From Tubiluchus corallicola (Eukaryota; Animalia; Priapulida), in contig JAQGDQ010000570.1 in assembly GCA_030141605.1 (NCBI GenBank), forward strand, positions 62,001 to 126,000: a stretch of DNA of 64,000 nt, given 5' to 3'. How positions within the stretch are numbered: position 1 is the first letter of the stretch; every line of letters starts with the position of its first letter. This document shows, in pieces, positions 42,801 through 51,429 of this stretch. Under the pieces are notes generated by a model. It was not told the DNA's origin and did not search any database. It was given only the letters and a program-made list of their open reading frames with translations. A program made the translations under genes and the position numbers.

Positions 42801-43086
42801 TTGGCAACGAAAGTTTTTCATCTCTAATAGGTGTCTGTTCTTGAAGTTTATCACTTAGTTTTTCTGCATAAACATCCTTAACTAGTTTTGCTGCCTTTTC
42901 TTTTGTTTTGGTTTCGTCGACTTCTTCACGTAACTCGGTTTTAATAGTTAGCTGCTCCTTTTTTGTCTGATATCTGGTAAGAGCCGGCAACGGCTGCCAT
43001 CTCTGCGGACTAATATTCTGGCTTGTACCGCTAACGGCAGAAAACTTCCTTGCTTTTATCTGCTTTTTCTCAAAATTGGTAGACAT
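30811..43086 (-). CDS. DNAH6: Axonemal inner-arm dynein heavy chain 6, 4091 aa, single coding exon
   Basis: Four P-loops GPAGTGKT, GPTCGGKT, GTTGVGKS, GVGGTGKQ; FPRFYFLSNDELLEIL linker; CFDEFNRI; FITMNPGYAGRTELPDNLK; stalk/MTBD. The C-terminus LYKTGARAGVLSTTGHSTNFVV..LPS..PQDYWISKGAALLCQL is characteristic of DNAH6. Candidate AATAAA on the minus strand at 30033-30028. Confidence 0.95.
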   Translation of the reverse strand: MSTNFEKKQIKARKFSAVSGTSQNISPQRWQPLPALTRYQTKKEQLTIKTELREEVDETKTKEKAAKLVKDVYAEKLSDKLQEQTPIRDEKLSLPKLHKSFLEQQKKMSFSRRTVSRTLSPICPAVSKAQLAPGVDLNVLMSITDLLTIVEILKQNPDLGFLYLTSAVPKSSVHYHPYNLKVVRYSERDKCSYYTFSPYGVMHITDEGHTFTDLDRWTHEYRYYQELIKIPIFKLAKTRKAFTFWRKTVRRTKYRKSREKIKENLFITNHCLRPALLNVREMTCAISHMSMCDIKEGRTYTLEGFVKEQLTQLQDVAARLREFRDLVAEVVRNACKVTLVTDGFTPDNYNADDSTDIPIDNKIVVWGDAPEKMTYTEQATKRSKCLRLTCFVRLADYLVLNALHVLTVNSIEFLLNKFQTLVDKTGNLPNNCTKDVDERKSTHLSRPSLAVKSSTAVDAGSTLDTIRLDVPLFVTQMQLPKKVLTFRPSRYYFQVDIEKVIDAFKTTAFALETLTPDATFDPFICPYINRKKESRTCGNGPRLEEIVADDGRIKQIIAEVKAHISKAFAYCEEFSKIFDPVRSFYLENEALDKKLLIKETCDLDFFQSALETYSRQSVQASTLLDQTPIGLLLVDTLALKEQIIPSPRRCLDVIYDIMPTLAKTKTDELITETEDGVHRLQAKPETTMDYVNKLSFLDSVQMRIDILEQDVDIVQDMYDLIEKYAVPVPPEDLAVFSTLSGCAYSLRSAIDRGVSERDALIDKLAVILSKDMASLNKSVKAVFTDIQNPVLLDPDVNQEEIWSLLNCLQESMDELQAQASEFIGYQKMFNVEVVPFEGAEAQNDLKLRQTLWKSVKEWSDVVNGWYTCEFEKIEPEQLTVEITKYVRLVQQLEKGLPMNKILPELKEEVEEMRHKLPVISNLRNPALKSRHWEAIENVLDRSIMPDEVITLFLLEQINAFGRSEEIQNISGEASAEASLETILKKVEDAWKTAEFIVLPHKDSKDVFILGGTDDIQQLFEDSSINIGTIANSRHVGPIKPRVDEWVKNLQLFGQTLDQWLECQRNWLYLENVFCAPDIQRQLPVEAKMFSQVDKSWKDIMRKVNKIPLAIRAATQPGLLETLQTNNALLEQVQKCLEDYLESKRVIFPRFYFLSNDELLEILSQTRNPQAVQPHLRKCFDAIAYLQFGTQDDKPTNEILAMNSPEGEHVVLQKGLKARGNVEEWLGKVEEAMVSTLHKATKLAIAEFSEESRTNWVISHPSQVVLTASQIIWCRTLEQCLNADDDRYGLLEMFLEKCFCDLNELASLVRGDLSKLERSTICALITVDVHSRDIVTGMIEAEVDEIHHFEWQKQLRYYWNLEIDNCLVCMSNSSYVYGYEYLGASSRLVITPLTDRCYLCLMGALQLKLGGAPAGPAGTGKTETVKDLAKSLAKQCVVFNCSEGLDYKIMARFFAGLAQSGAWFCFDEFNRIDIEVLSVIAQQLLTIRNAKVANLKTFAFEGRDIKLVPSCAAFITMNPGYAGRTELPDNLKSLFRPQAMMVPDYSLIAEVILYSEGFESSKSLAKKMTQMYKLCSEQLSQQDHYDFGMRAVKSVLVMAGSLKRENPDKSEDVVLIRALRDSNLPKFLSHDVELFQAILQDLFPGVVLPEHDYGSFEKFIIESMIRHDLKAVPTSVKKIIQLFETMQVRHGVMLVGPTCGGKTTCYEILKDTLTDLYEAKIEHPDYRPVSTYVLNPKSVTLGELYGEVNKLTLEWRDGILAQIVRAACQDLKDEHKWVVCDGPVDALWIENMNTVLDDNKMLCLANSERIKLPPNIHMLFEVQDLAVASPATVSRCGMVYVDPEELGWKPYVETWIPRLDAKGIRPELTDYILELFHRYVDDGLRFVKKKCVQAMEQVDLGKVATLCYLLESLLTAEDGPNLDMAGIQLNGLIYMTFVFCYFWAIGGNLSECSGEEFNAFVHEQFEDKDARIPSGEELWKYYVDYETQQFELWDRVVPRFNYSKTLPFFDMLVPTVYSVKFSFLMEKLVTVHKPVLFTGTTGVGKSVIASSLLNKATKRGKYLSMFINFSAQTSSNRMQSMIEGKLEKHKKNVLGPPSDKRMVIFVDDLNMPKLDTYGCQPPIELLRQYLGFGGFYDRDQLFWKEIHNVTLCAACAPPGGGRNPVTLRLIRFFSMFCIPSPDESSLKHIFSCIITGFLADYNHAVKQSAEYVVKSAVEIYNRMSTDLLPTPAKSHYVFNLRDLSKCIQGMLQVSPIVVKSQQQLLRLFHHEALRVFHDRLINQEDKLYFHNILAEVSYRQFHEHIDPVSFTASPIIFGDFVKTEVEKADRLYEDLLDMDKVKKALDKYLDDYNMESSKELKLVFFLDAVEHISRIARVIRQERGNALLVGVGGTGKQSVTKLASHFCGCDCFQIELCRGYDYTAFREDLKALYFAAGLENKSTVFLFSDTQIVVEEFLEDINNMLNSGEVPNLFEPEDYEQIMIKCRDPAEAAGVVDNDRDGIFQFFINRVRNNLHIVLCMSPVGNSFRNRCRMFPSLINCCTIDWFTEWPQDALLSVSEALFEQVDLGDDTVKNKISAMCSEIHLSVTELTEKFYAELRRRYYTTPTSYLELINLYICMYKKKKEEIISARDRVKNGLSKLLETNELIGKMEVELVALEPVLKRKSEEVTKLMKELSVDKQKADKVRKVVMVDEAKATMKADETAAIAADAQRDLDEALPALEASVKALDALDKNDISEVKVFSKPPEMVLTVMEAVCILLGAKPDWEMSKKLLSDAGFLKRLVDYDKDSIPDSTLKKLKKYIENPKFVPEVVEKTSKACKSLCMWIIAIDLYAKVVKVVEPKRKKLAIAQKELDATNAVLKEQQDKLHKVEDNIKSLQQKYEDTVREKSELQGNIQQTSNRLKRASVLTTALADEEERWKISALSFEDDLNNIVGNVFVAAACVAYYGAFTSQYRDQLVGPWVAKCKQLQIPISSDFNLIKILGDPYKIRQWNIDGLPRDDFSTENALLATNSNRWPLLIDPQDQANHWIMQMEAKNNLQIVKQTDSNFMRTVENCIRIGMPILIEEVQESLDPALKPVLLKQTFIEGGRPVIRLGESVVDYDPNFRLYLTTKLANPHYLPEICIKVTIINFTVTLSGLEDQLLSDVVSLERPDLETERNKLIVEINNNKNQLKNIEDKILHMLYNSEGNVLDDEELVNALNDSKVTSGVIARELKNAVTTEEKITKAREKYRSVAARGSVLYFVIVDLAEIDPMYQYSLKYFKQLFSMCIENSEKSENLQTRLQTLLDQSLLTVYTNVSRGLFERHKLLFSFMLCTSIMRQDDVIKQSEWNFFVRGPAGIDKERREKEDLPWLSQAMWNMCCDLADTIPAFASLTDVVTKCNCYVTIGETKVSINPTEWPTYKPDLSKNCDDGYWNGRLSDFQKLMFVKAFREEKVLFAVTDFVRRNLSQTFVESPPVELQLLYEDISYKIPLVFILSTGSDPMGAFMRFAREKNYADKVQTISLGQGQGPVAEKLIASALETGEWVFLQNCHLAASWMLTMETLIKSFSTKDAEINKNFRLFLSSMPVKSFPVSVLQNSVKVTNEPPKGLRANIRRAFGELTPEAFEEHHLGMDWKKIIFGICFFHAIVQERKKFGPLGWNIQYDFSDSDRECAIENLKIFCAESAIPWEALIYITGQITYGGRVTDYWDERCLRTVLKRFFAPETLETDYKYSESGMYYAPEYMSLQEYRDYINDLPIADDPEIFGMNYNANISYQIEETNKLITTLMNVQPRLVGGGTGESNDDTVHDLSVNILDKLTEKLDIEEAPEALFELDANGRINSLTTVLSQEVDRFNNLLRIIKDSLQTLQKAIKGFVVMSEELENVYNAFLNNRVPELWESAAYPSLKPLGSWVTDLVMRTAFIDDWIHHGHPFSYWMSGLFFPQGFLTGTLQNHARKYGLPIDQLSFEFHVLPLYRHQAEYFAVRDKMRFGRKLAIDEELPCIEDGVIVHGIFMDAFRWNMEDMVVEDSLFGEMTSPLPAMHMEPKMNYELGENLYTAPLYKTGARAGVLSTTGHSTNFVVPVHLPSMQPQDYWISKGAALLCQLND

Positions 43087-43184
43087 TTCCGTTACTCTGA
43101 AATTTTAAAATCCAGTAAACATGATAATTTTATATGATCTGATCAACCGATGTTAATTAACTACATAACGAATTGAAAGTACTC

Positions 43185-43800
43185 TAAAAGGGAAGAAAAG
43201 GCAACTTTAAAGTATTTATACAAAGAAGTTTCCATGCAAAGTTATATTACTTAGATTTACGTTTACCTGTTTGAAATACTTATGTAACCAGAAAGGAAAA
43301 TTCTTAATAATTTACAATGTTCGCGCCATGTGGTAAAATGGCACTGCATTGCCTACTCAGTGTGCACCACTGATTCACCTAAATACTCATTAATAATCTT
43401 ACTGACATTATAAATTAATTTTGGTTTTGGCTGCAAAGAGTGCACTACGAATGCTCTGATTATTTTTTGAAACTTTACGCAATACTTGATTCAAAGGACC
43501 TACAGTTAAAATGGCTGCACATGATGATCTAAGTTTACAAGTTTTATACAGCATTATTGCTAATGCAAATTCTGTGTGCAATAAGACCGCATGGAAGTGA
43601 TATAAAATTTCAAGCCGAATTCTTCAAGCTTCATTTATGAAGAGTAGTTTCTTGTGCTTTAAAGCACAAGAAAGCCCTTCACTTACATCCAGCTTAAAAA
43701 ATTCGTCTAGAAATTTTATACCACTTACATATTACCTTTTCGTATGCATGGCTTGCCTTGGCCACAACACTGCATAAAACGTGTAAGTTGAAACTCCCGC
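43185..43800. mobile_element. Two Kolobok-like K1 copies joined tail-to-tail at one TTAA (43659-43662)
   Basis: A forward partial copy ends at 43658 and an inverted partial copy starts at 43663. Junction palindrome TTTCTTGTGCTTTAAAGCACAAGAAA. Confidence 0.75.
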
Positions 43801-44090
43801 AGACATTTTATAACAATGAATAAACCTGCGTGAACAACATTAACAGCTTTGCGTGATGCCAAAAAAGAAATTCAACTTGCACAATTCTTGAGCGACACGC
43901 TTCGATCCCCGGCAGCCGGCTTTGTTTTCCGTCGGAAATATCCGAAAGTCTAAACAGGTACACAACACTCGTCGGACATGCGTGACGTGCAAGAATGACA
44001 TGCAGATTTGAGAGTCACAACAGATATAATCTAAACATGACTTTACTTCAAAAAAAGGTTTAGCTGCAATTTAAGGCACCAAAATCAATT

Positions 44091-44622
44091 GTATATTGGG
44101 CTTACATACAGTACTGCTTAATTATTATCACTTCAGCTTCCAATATATATATATATATATATATAACAAAATATTTCAAGTTTAGCTATCACTTTATGTA
44201 TGCCTATATTAACCGTGAAACAAAACTACTGAGTACTGTAAACGTATATTGGGCTTAAATATAGTACTGCTTAATTATTATCACTTCAGCTTCCAATATA
44301 TATAACAAAATATTTCAAGTTTAGCTATCACTTTATGTATCCCTATAATTATATTAACCGTGAAACAAAACTACTGTAAACGTATATTGGGCTTAAATAT
44401 AGTACTGCTTAATTATTATCACGTCAGCTTCCAATATATATATAACAAAATATTTCAAGTTTAGCTATCACTTTATGTATCCCTATATTAACCGTGAAAC
44501 AAAACTACTGTAAACGTATATTGGGCTTAAATACAGAACTGCTTAATTATTATCACTTCAGCTTCCAATATAACAAAATATTTCAAGTTTAGCTATCACT
44601 TTGTGTATGCCTATATTAACCG
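44091..44622. repeat. ~135-150-bp tandem repeat, about 4 copies
   Basis: Units begin gtatattgggctta at 44091, 44243, 44382 and 44516, each with a variable internal (AT)n. Confidence 0.92.
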
Positions 44623-44678
44623 TTAACGGTGTTAAAATCAAGGACAAGATGCAAGCAATTGGAAGTTTAATAACATAC

Positions 44679-44801
44679 CGTGGACTAAAATGTTATCAGG
44701 AAAGTATCAGTAATAATAATTACTACTTTAACCCGGAATCAAGGAAAATCAGTAAGCTTCACGCCACAAGTTTTGAAATTTACGCGGCGTTACCAAGCAA
44801 C
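44679..44801 (-). promoter_or_regulatory. Candidate DNAH6 promoter: RFX X-box (44789-44801) and non-coding first exon ending at 44679
   Basis: GTTACCAAGCAAC fits GTNRCC-N-RGYAAC. Minus-strand donor CG|GTATGT at 44678. Acceptor aatttcAG at 43097, 10 nt before the ATG. No ATG in the predicted leader. Confidence 0.6.
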
Positions 44802-45024
44802 TTCATCGTTATCATCATACCAAACGATAAACGCCGTCAGGTAGAGCACAAACAAGAATCAAGAATTCCACCGACTGTCACATTTTCACAGGTCTCTTCT
44901 TAACAACTGTTGTATCATTAAAAATTACCAGTACACTTTCTTATCGTCGATCGTGAAAATGAGCAACCGAGTTTACTACTGAAAATTGATTGATCATCTC
45001 TGTAAAGTCTTTTTTTCAGTGATT

Positions 45025-45070
45025 AATAATGATGATGACGATAATGATAGTTGATGATGATGATGACGAC

Positions 45071-45163
<93 letters not shown>

Positions 45164-45428
45164 CATTGTGTAAAGTTGGGTTAATTTAAATTCAACAGAC
45201 AACACAAGTTTGCCATGAAGTTTTTATTGCCCACTGTAAATAACAATCTAATCATACACAACAAATATTATTATTACCTCATTTTATTACCCACTTTCAC
45301 CCCAAATACCATACACCAGGCAGGACAACAGCAGGCACCATTTTTAAAGACTTTCGTGTGACCTGGCCGTAATATTGAACTCACGATCTCCCAGACGGAA
45401 AGCAGAAAGGTTACTGATGGACTATAGG
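45025..45428 (-). mobile_element. tRNA-derived SINE with expanded (TTA)/(TCA) tail
   Basis: Reverse-complement homolog of 51430-51703 (tctgctttccgtctgggag.tcgtgagttc; tttaaaaatggt.cctgct). The microsatellite at 45025-45162 is its tail. Confidence 0.75.
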
Positions 45429-46192
45429 TAATGTATTTTAACTGCAAATAAAGATTATAATTTATGTACATAAAATAATTAAACCGTGTCTATTGGCGTA
45501 CGTAGCTGGTCGAGACACCCAGATTGCTTGTCAGCGAATCCGACAAGTGATATGCCTATTACTCTTGATATGCAGGAATAATACTCAGTCTTTGCCTAAG
45601 AACGAAATACAAACCGGATCGTTAAATTTTTCTTTTGATTAGAGACGATTCTGAGGTAATAAAATTATAATACATATAAAATTAATTTTCTACAGTTACA
45701 AAATTACTTTAACAGCAATATTATAAATAGTAATTTACAAGATACGATATGCGACTTAATTCAACATCATCCGCACTTCAGTTAATAGTCTACCATAACT
45801 ACTAATAACAATAATTACAGTTACTACAATAACTATTCTATTTATTTCAAAAGTGCAGCACAATTTCAATTTGTTAGTAGCACAGAAAAAAGAGAATATT
45901 TACACATTTTAATAATTTCAACAAAAAAGGAAAATAAATAAAACAGTAAGTAGTCAAGGAGAGTACAGTAAAAATACATTACGTAAGTTGATTTTGACGT
46001 ATCTAATCTAGTAACAGGTTAATTTCATTCTTGTTCGAGGATTCGAACTGTTTACGCTCGTTTGCATTTACGATATCTTTCACAAGTAATACATGATAAC
46101 TCTGCTTATTGGTCACATTGTAAACGCTCTTTGAGATGTAATCTGTCTTACATTACGCATTAAACAAAAATGTTCGTTTTCTTATTCTTATA

Positions 46193-46684
46193 AGTGACGG
46201 CTCGTGTATAGATACCGTGGAACTGCAGCACCCCCTATTTTCACCCAATATTATCGAAAATGTTCATTATAATAAGACCTTTTTCTTTAGTTCGTTTTTT
46301 ATACATGTACCGACCCAGAGCACGTGAGGGTGGTACTGTTTGCTTCACAGCCTAGCACAGTGTTCTCCAGCAGCGGGGTGTTTGGCTGTTGCGCACACGT
46401 GTCTGAACCCAAGTAGAAAAAGTACTGTCACGCACACAGTTTATTGTTAGTTGTCACGTGCTTACCGAAAATGGATCAAGATTGAACTGTGACAATTTAG
46501 GCTATTTGTTTAGAATTTTATCAAGTTAATGTATAAACTTTCGCATGTTTGTTTGTTTAAAATTACAAGTACAAATTACAATATTTAAATTACATATGTT
46601 TGTTTCACTTTACACAGTATTTAAACAATGGTTAAAAATTTTCTGAAGCAGCGCTCCCAGTAATTTTAACTACAAGCCACCAGT
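46193..46684 (+). mobile_element. hAT-like MITE, copy B (homolog of 133-664)
   Basis: Starts agtgacggctcgt and ends tacaagccaccagtg. Body is colinear with copy A. Confidence 0.65.
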
Positions 46685-46755
46685 GAAGCTAACGGCGATA
46701 ATTTATAGTCCGTATGTTTACCTCTATTTTAATTTGTTAGTAAATTTATTCTTAA

Positions 46756-47278
46756 AGGAAGACCGAACGATCGCTTAGACTCAATCTTATTTTAATTTAC
46801 TGTCCAAAATATAGATTTTCTTGTCTATAAAAGGTAACAGTTGCTCTTATATTTGAATAATTAGTTTAGAAAGTTAATTAGTGGCAGCCGAACACAGGTA
46901 TTGCATACGTCAGAAGCTAATCACAGTTTGTGCAATGGCAGGCGTCTTCCCTTGCGCAACAAGCACATTTGCACAAGTGTTACAGTACTGTTTAAACGCA
47001 TGATGTTACGAAAAGTGGGCTCTACATCATATGACGTCGGAAACTAACACTGCAGTTCATGATCATGTTTTCACGGTACCGTCTTCTATTTGTCGGCTAC
47101 GCGAATGTGACAAAAAGGCGCCACTGCCAATCTTAGTAGATTCACTGAACGAAATTTGAGTACCTGAGGTAATCATTATTTAATCTAAACTTTGATTTAA
47201 AATAAGCTATTGTAATTTTCAATATTTTAGAACATTTTTTATTCTGAGCTCATGTTTGCACAATCATTTGGTTTTCCT
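46756..47278 (+). mobile_element. Kolobok-like TTAA MITE family K2, copy 1
   Basis: TTAA|AGGAAGACCGAACGAT...ATCATTTGGTTTTCCT|TTAA. Full-length homolog at 48455-48986. Confidence 0.85.
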
Positions 47279-47789
47279 TTAATGTATAGATTCCTTTTCA
47301 TAAGCATTCATTCATCACACGCAATTTAATCCCCTTTATTACTCAGACGTTTTAGCAATTTCAATTAATTTAATGTGTAGAAATTTTCAGAAAAACACAA
47401 TTTCCAAGTCTCACCATAATTGTTCACCACGATTACTGGTAATTATTTCGGAGCGCTTTTATTATCCATAAAAATATAAAGTGATTTTTTTTATTTCTAA
47501 TCATTTTATTAGAAGAGACAGTAATCAATTACACAACAGGAAGGAAGCACTTAGTTACTATAACTGAAAGATAATCTTTTTATTTCTGATCTTTGTGGGC
47601 AGATTTTACAGGCCCTCGAGATGTAGCCACTGAGGAATACTACTGTTACTGTCAACAAAAAAAAAACTTTAAAAAACCCACCTAATAAGTCTTTTCTTAG
47701 TTTCGTTGTGCACGGACGCAGTTTCTGTAGGTCAACGGTTAAGTGCACCACAGCAACGCATCTTAACTACAACCGTCACGTAACATGCG

Positions 47790-47932
47790 TATAAAACAAA
47801 GCCGTTTGCCCTGTCAGTTCAGTAACGTGAGTTGTTTAACGTGAACTTTAATTAATTATGGATTAGTCTGTGTCTAGAGTGATTTACTAGCAGTATCTTG
47901 TTTACGAACAAGAAAAAATAAACTCGGTAAGG
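47790..47932 (+). promoter_or_regulatory. TATA box + initiator + splice donor of an unassigned plus-strand transcript
   Basis: TATAAAA at 47790-47796; TCAGTT/TCAGTA at 47814-47824 (A at +26/+31 from the TATA); donor CG|GTAAGG at 47927. Confidence 0.45.
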
Positions 47933-48454
47933 TTCTAGCTACCTGTAAAAACTGCTACTATTACCATAGCATGGACTGCGAGGCGTTGTAAAGTGTACAC
48001 AAACGCGTTGTCTGATAGACTTAGCCTTAACCTTTTCATGATCATTATCAATCGATGGAACTGTGAAAAGGCTTATTTTAAGCTAGTTTTCTAAAAAACT
48101 TATTCTTTAAAATATTGAAAGGGAATGTACTACTTTTCAAGAATGAGTTATGCGAGAAATTAGAGAGATTATCACAGAAGCGTTGGCATGGCATGGCTAG
48201 CTCTCTTTCTGTTACATGCATTTCGGCACTCGACAGTTAGATGGGCACCAGCGTCTGCATTTCGGAAACGCGTTATCGGTTTACGAAGGCACCTTTATCG
48301 CACCTCAAAATGGGGATTTGGTTTCCTTTAAAGCAATTGATACTCTGCAAGCGTTTTTCTAGATACAATGAGGAAACTTTCCACCTCATCTTTTGAGGCT
48401 CTCCAGCGGGCAGAGATCAAGCCCTGGGCTTCTGACCCAGAAGTAATGTCTTAA

Positions 48455-48986
48455 AGGAAGACCGGACGATTGTTTAGACTCAATCTCATTTTAATTTACT
48501 GACCAAAATATACATTTTCTTGCCTGTTAAAGTTAACAATTGTTCCTTATATTTGAATAATTAGCTTAGAAAGTTAATTAACGGCAACCGAACGCAGCTA
48601 TTGCTTACGTCAGAAACTAACCACAGTTTGTGCAATGGCAGGCGTCTTCGCTTGCGCGTCGAGCACGTTTGCATAAGTGTTACAGTACTGTTTAAACGCA
48701 TGATGTCACGAAAAATGGGCTCTACATCATATAACGTCAGAAACCAACACTGCAGTTCATGATCATGCTTATCACGGTACCGCCTTCTATTTGTCGGCCA
48801 CGCGAATGTGACAAGAAGGCGCCGCTGCCAATCTTAGTAGATCCACTGAACGAAATTTGAGTATCTGAGGTAATTATTATTTAATCTAATCTTTGATTAT
48901 TATTGTAAAAATAATAATTGTAGTTTTCAATATTTGAGAGCATTCTTTATTCTGGGCTGATGTTTACACAATCATCCGGTTTTTCT
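48455..48986 (+). mobile_element. Kolobok-like TTAA MITE family K2, copy 2
   Basis: TTAA|AGGAAGACCGGACGATTGT...ACAATCATCCGGTTTTTCT|TTAA. Confidence 0.85.
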
Positions 48987-49813
48987 TTAACGCAGGGTCT
49001 CTAGGCTTCAGCTAGACAACATGATAGGTAATTAAGCCTTAAAAATATTGCTATAATCATTACGATTGTATTAATGATGCAAACAGATTTTGGTCTGTTG
49101 TGTCGCCTTGCTATAAATGCAAAATGTTTGCCGAAGATATTATAATAAAAATTATAATAATAATTATTAGTGGCATTCTTTTGTTGCTGGAGCATTAATG
49201 AGAAGTATTTTCAAAGGAATTTTGCAAGTAAGATGGGTTTTCATCGACGAAAACGGTCAAATTTCCTTCAAGGAAACGATAACCAACGAGCTCACGATAC
49301 CGCGAATAGAAGAACAGCAACAAGAAGGGATAACTGTGCAGCAGATCCTCTTTATAGGTTGCTCAGCAAGTGAGAATAAAAAATCCAGGCCGTCTTTACT
49401 GGCTGCCAGAACCAGTTATGAAGCCGCTACTGATAGTTTCATCGATTTCCCTTTGGCCTTGAACTGTGTAAGCAAGCAGTGATGGCTGTTAACGCCTATC
49501 TTTTTTTTATCTTGTTTGGCGTTCGTTTTTGTGAGTTTTGTAGCTGTTTCCAGCGCAGCAGACTAACAATTATCAAATTACTGCAGGCATTTTACAATCG
49601 CAGGCTAGAAAGCTCAATAACATTTACACAGTTAGCTGAAACCAAAGAATTCGGCTTAAACTACACTGACTTGAATAAATAAATTAATAAACAAATAAAA
49701 GAGAAATGAATATTATAAAAAAGTCAAACCCGCTGTAACACGAGCTGCATATAAAATTTGCTTTCGCAACGACAGCGTAGGAAATAAAAGATTCAAATGA
49801 TTTTAGTACTCTC

Positions 49814-50157
49814 GGGCCCTAGTGTTTGGGCATCTGGTGGTTGGGCACCACGTTTAGTTATTTGGGCTCTATAGATATTTAGACCTGTGATATTTGGGAT
49901 CGACAATTGGGCACCGGGGCATTCGGCTCCAAACAATTTGGCCCAGAATACCTGAAGACCCAAATGTCCAGGGTATAAATTATTTGGGGCTCAAATATCT
50001 GGGCCCGAATTAATATCTAAGATCTAAATATCTGAGGCCCAAAATATTCGAGCTTAAACATCTTGGCTCCAATTATTTAGAGTCCAAATGTCTGGGGCCC
50101 AATATTCGGGAGCCAAACATGTGGCCCATATATCAGAAGCCCAAACATTGAGGCCCA
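49814..50157. mobile_element. Foldback-like element made of degenerate ~15-bp subrepeats
   Basis: Ends gggccctagtgtttgggc...gcccaaacattgaggccc are inverted. Left half has tatttggg-type units, right half cccaaata-type units. Confidence 0.55.
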
Positions 50158-50379
50158 TCTGAATCTTTTCTTTGCTGCAGTCTCGCTGCGGACGACATTT
50201 TAATAGGACATGGCATACAGCGTGTTGTGTTTATTTGCTGTTAAAATTTGGAAAAAAACTGCCTACAAGGCATAAAATTAATATAAACTACAACTGTATG
50301 GAAATTTAAAGTACGATGAAAGCAGCAATTCGCTTGAAAATTATGACGTAACTGGTGGACTTCGTGACTTCTCATAAGT

Positions 50380-50657
50380 TGACAATGACGGCTTATTGTA
50401 ATGATGTTGACAATAATAATGGTGATAATGACAATGATGGCCATTATAACAGTGATGATGATGGATGGTGATGATGATGATGATCGTAATTATGATGACG
50501 ACGATGATGATGATGACAATAATGACGACAATGATGACAATGACGGATTATAGTAATGATGTTGACAATAATAATGGATAATAACTGTGATAATGACACT
50601 GATGATGACAATTATAGCAGCGATGATGATGGATGATGAGGATGAGCATAATTATGA

Positions 50658-50692
<35 letters not shown>

Positions 50693-50925
50693 ATGATGAT
50701 GATGACAATAATGACGACAATGATGACAATGACGGATTACGGCAATGATGTTTACAGTAATAATGGTGATAATGACGGTAATGATGACAATTATAACAGC
50801 GTTGATGACGACGACGACGACGACGACGACGATGATGATGATGATGATGATAACGGAGTCCATGTTTATGATAATGACATGGCGACAGCAGCGATAGCGA
50901 ATATGGCAATAATGACAACGGCATT
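50380..50925. repeat. Compound trinucleotide microsatellite (GAT/GAC/TGC/AAT)
   Basis: Directly visible. A related block lies at 58510-58715. Confidence 0.92.
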
Positions 50926-51429
50926 AGCAGAGGTAGGCAATCATAAGGCTTCAACAATAATCTATTGTCCTGAGTCATCTTTATACTATAACATGATGTT
51001 AATTTATTAGCCTTCACATCCATAAAAATGCCTCAGGGCTTTGCTCATAAAAACAGTAAAATTCCACGATGTAGGACCGGTTTTAATTCAGTTAGACACA
51101 CGCTGTGACTACTCGATTATTCAGTTTGCCTCTCTGTCTGTAATGCAGTAATGGAAATTTGAGACAGCAGATTACCCAACTGCACTCTTAAGTAATTAAA
51201 GCTAGACGGAAATTCAGAAGAGGCTTGCATTTGGCGAGGCTGGTATTATAATTGGGGACCGTATAATAAATAATCTTGACTATACGTTGAATCTGAAAAG
51301 CACGTAACTCATAAACTGATTGAATGACTGATTGACTCATTACCAGTTTTCTTCACTTTCCAACTCATCGATTGACTTTGTATTTGAGCAGAATGATGGA
51401 CGCGATTAGCTGACCGGTTGACTTAATTA

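Noticed and set aside
30811-43086. DNAH6 as a pseudogene, contaminant or horizontal transfer
   Set aside because: The frame and all P-loops are intact, the protein is animal-type, no poly(A) remnant or TSD was seen, and the flanks carry the same MITE families as the rest of the window.
44838-44900. Minus-strand EETCENVTVGGILDSCLCST, resembling the last Ly6 exon
   Set aside because: Bounded by stops, lacks the CN motif and GPI tail, and has no partner exons. Most likely chance.
50612-51023. Apparent signal peptide plus Asp/Asn-rich secreted protein (ORF 50633-51010)
   Set aside because: Built entirely from trinucleotide repeats that are open on both strands. Similar tracts occur inside introns at 58510 and 61112.
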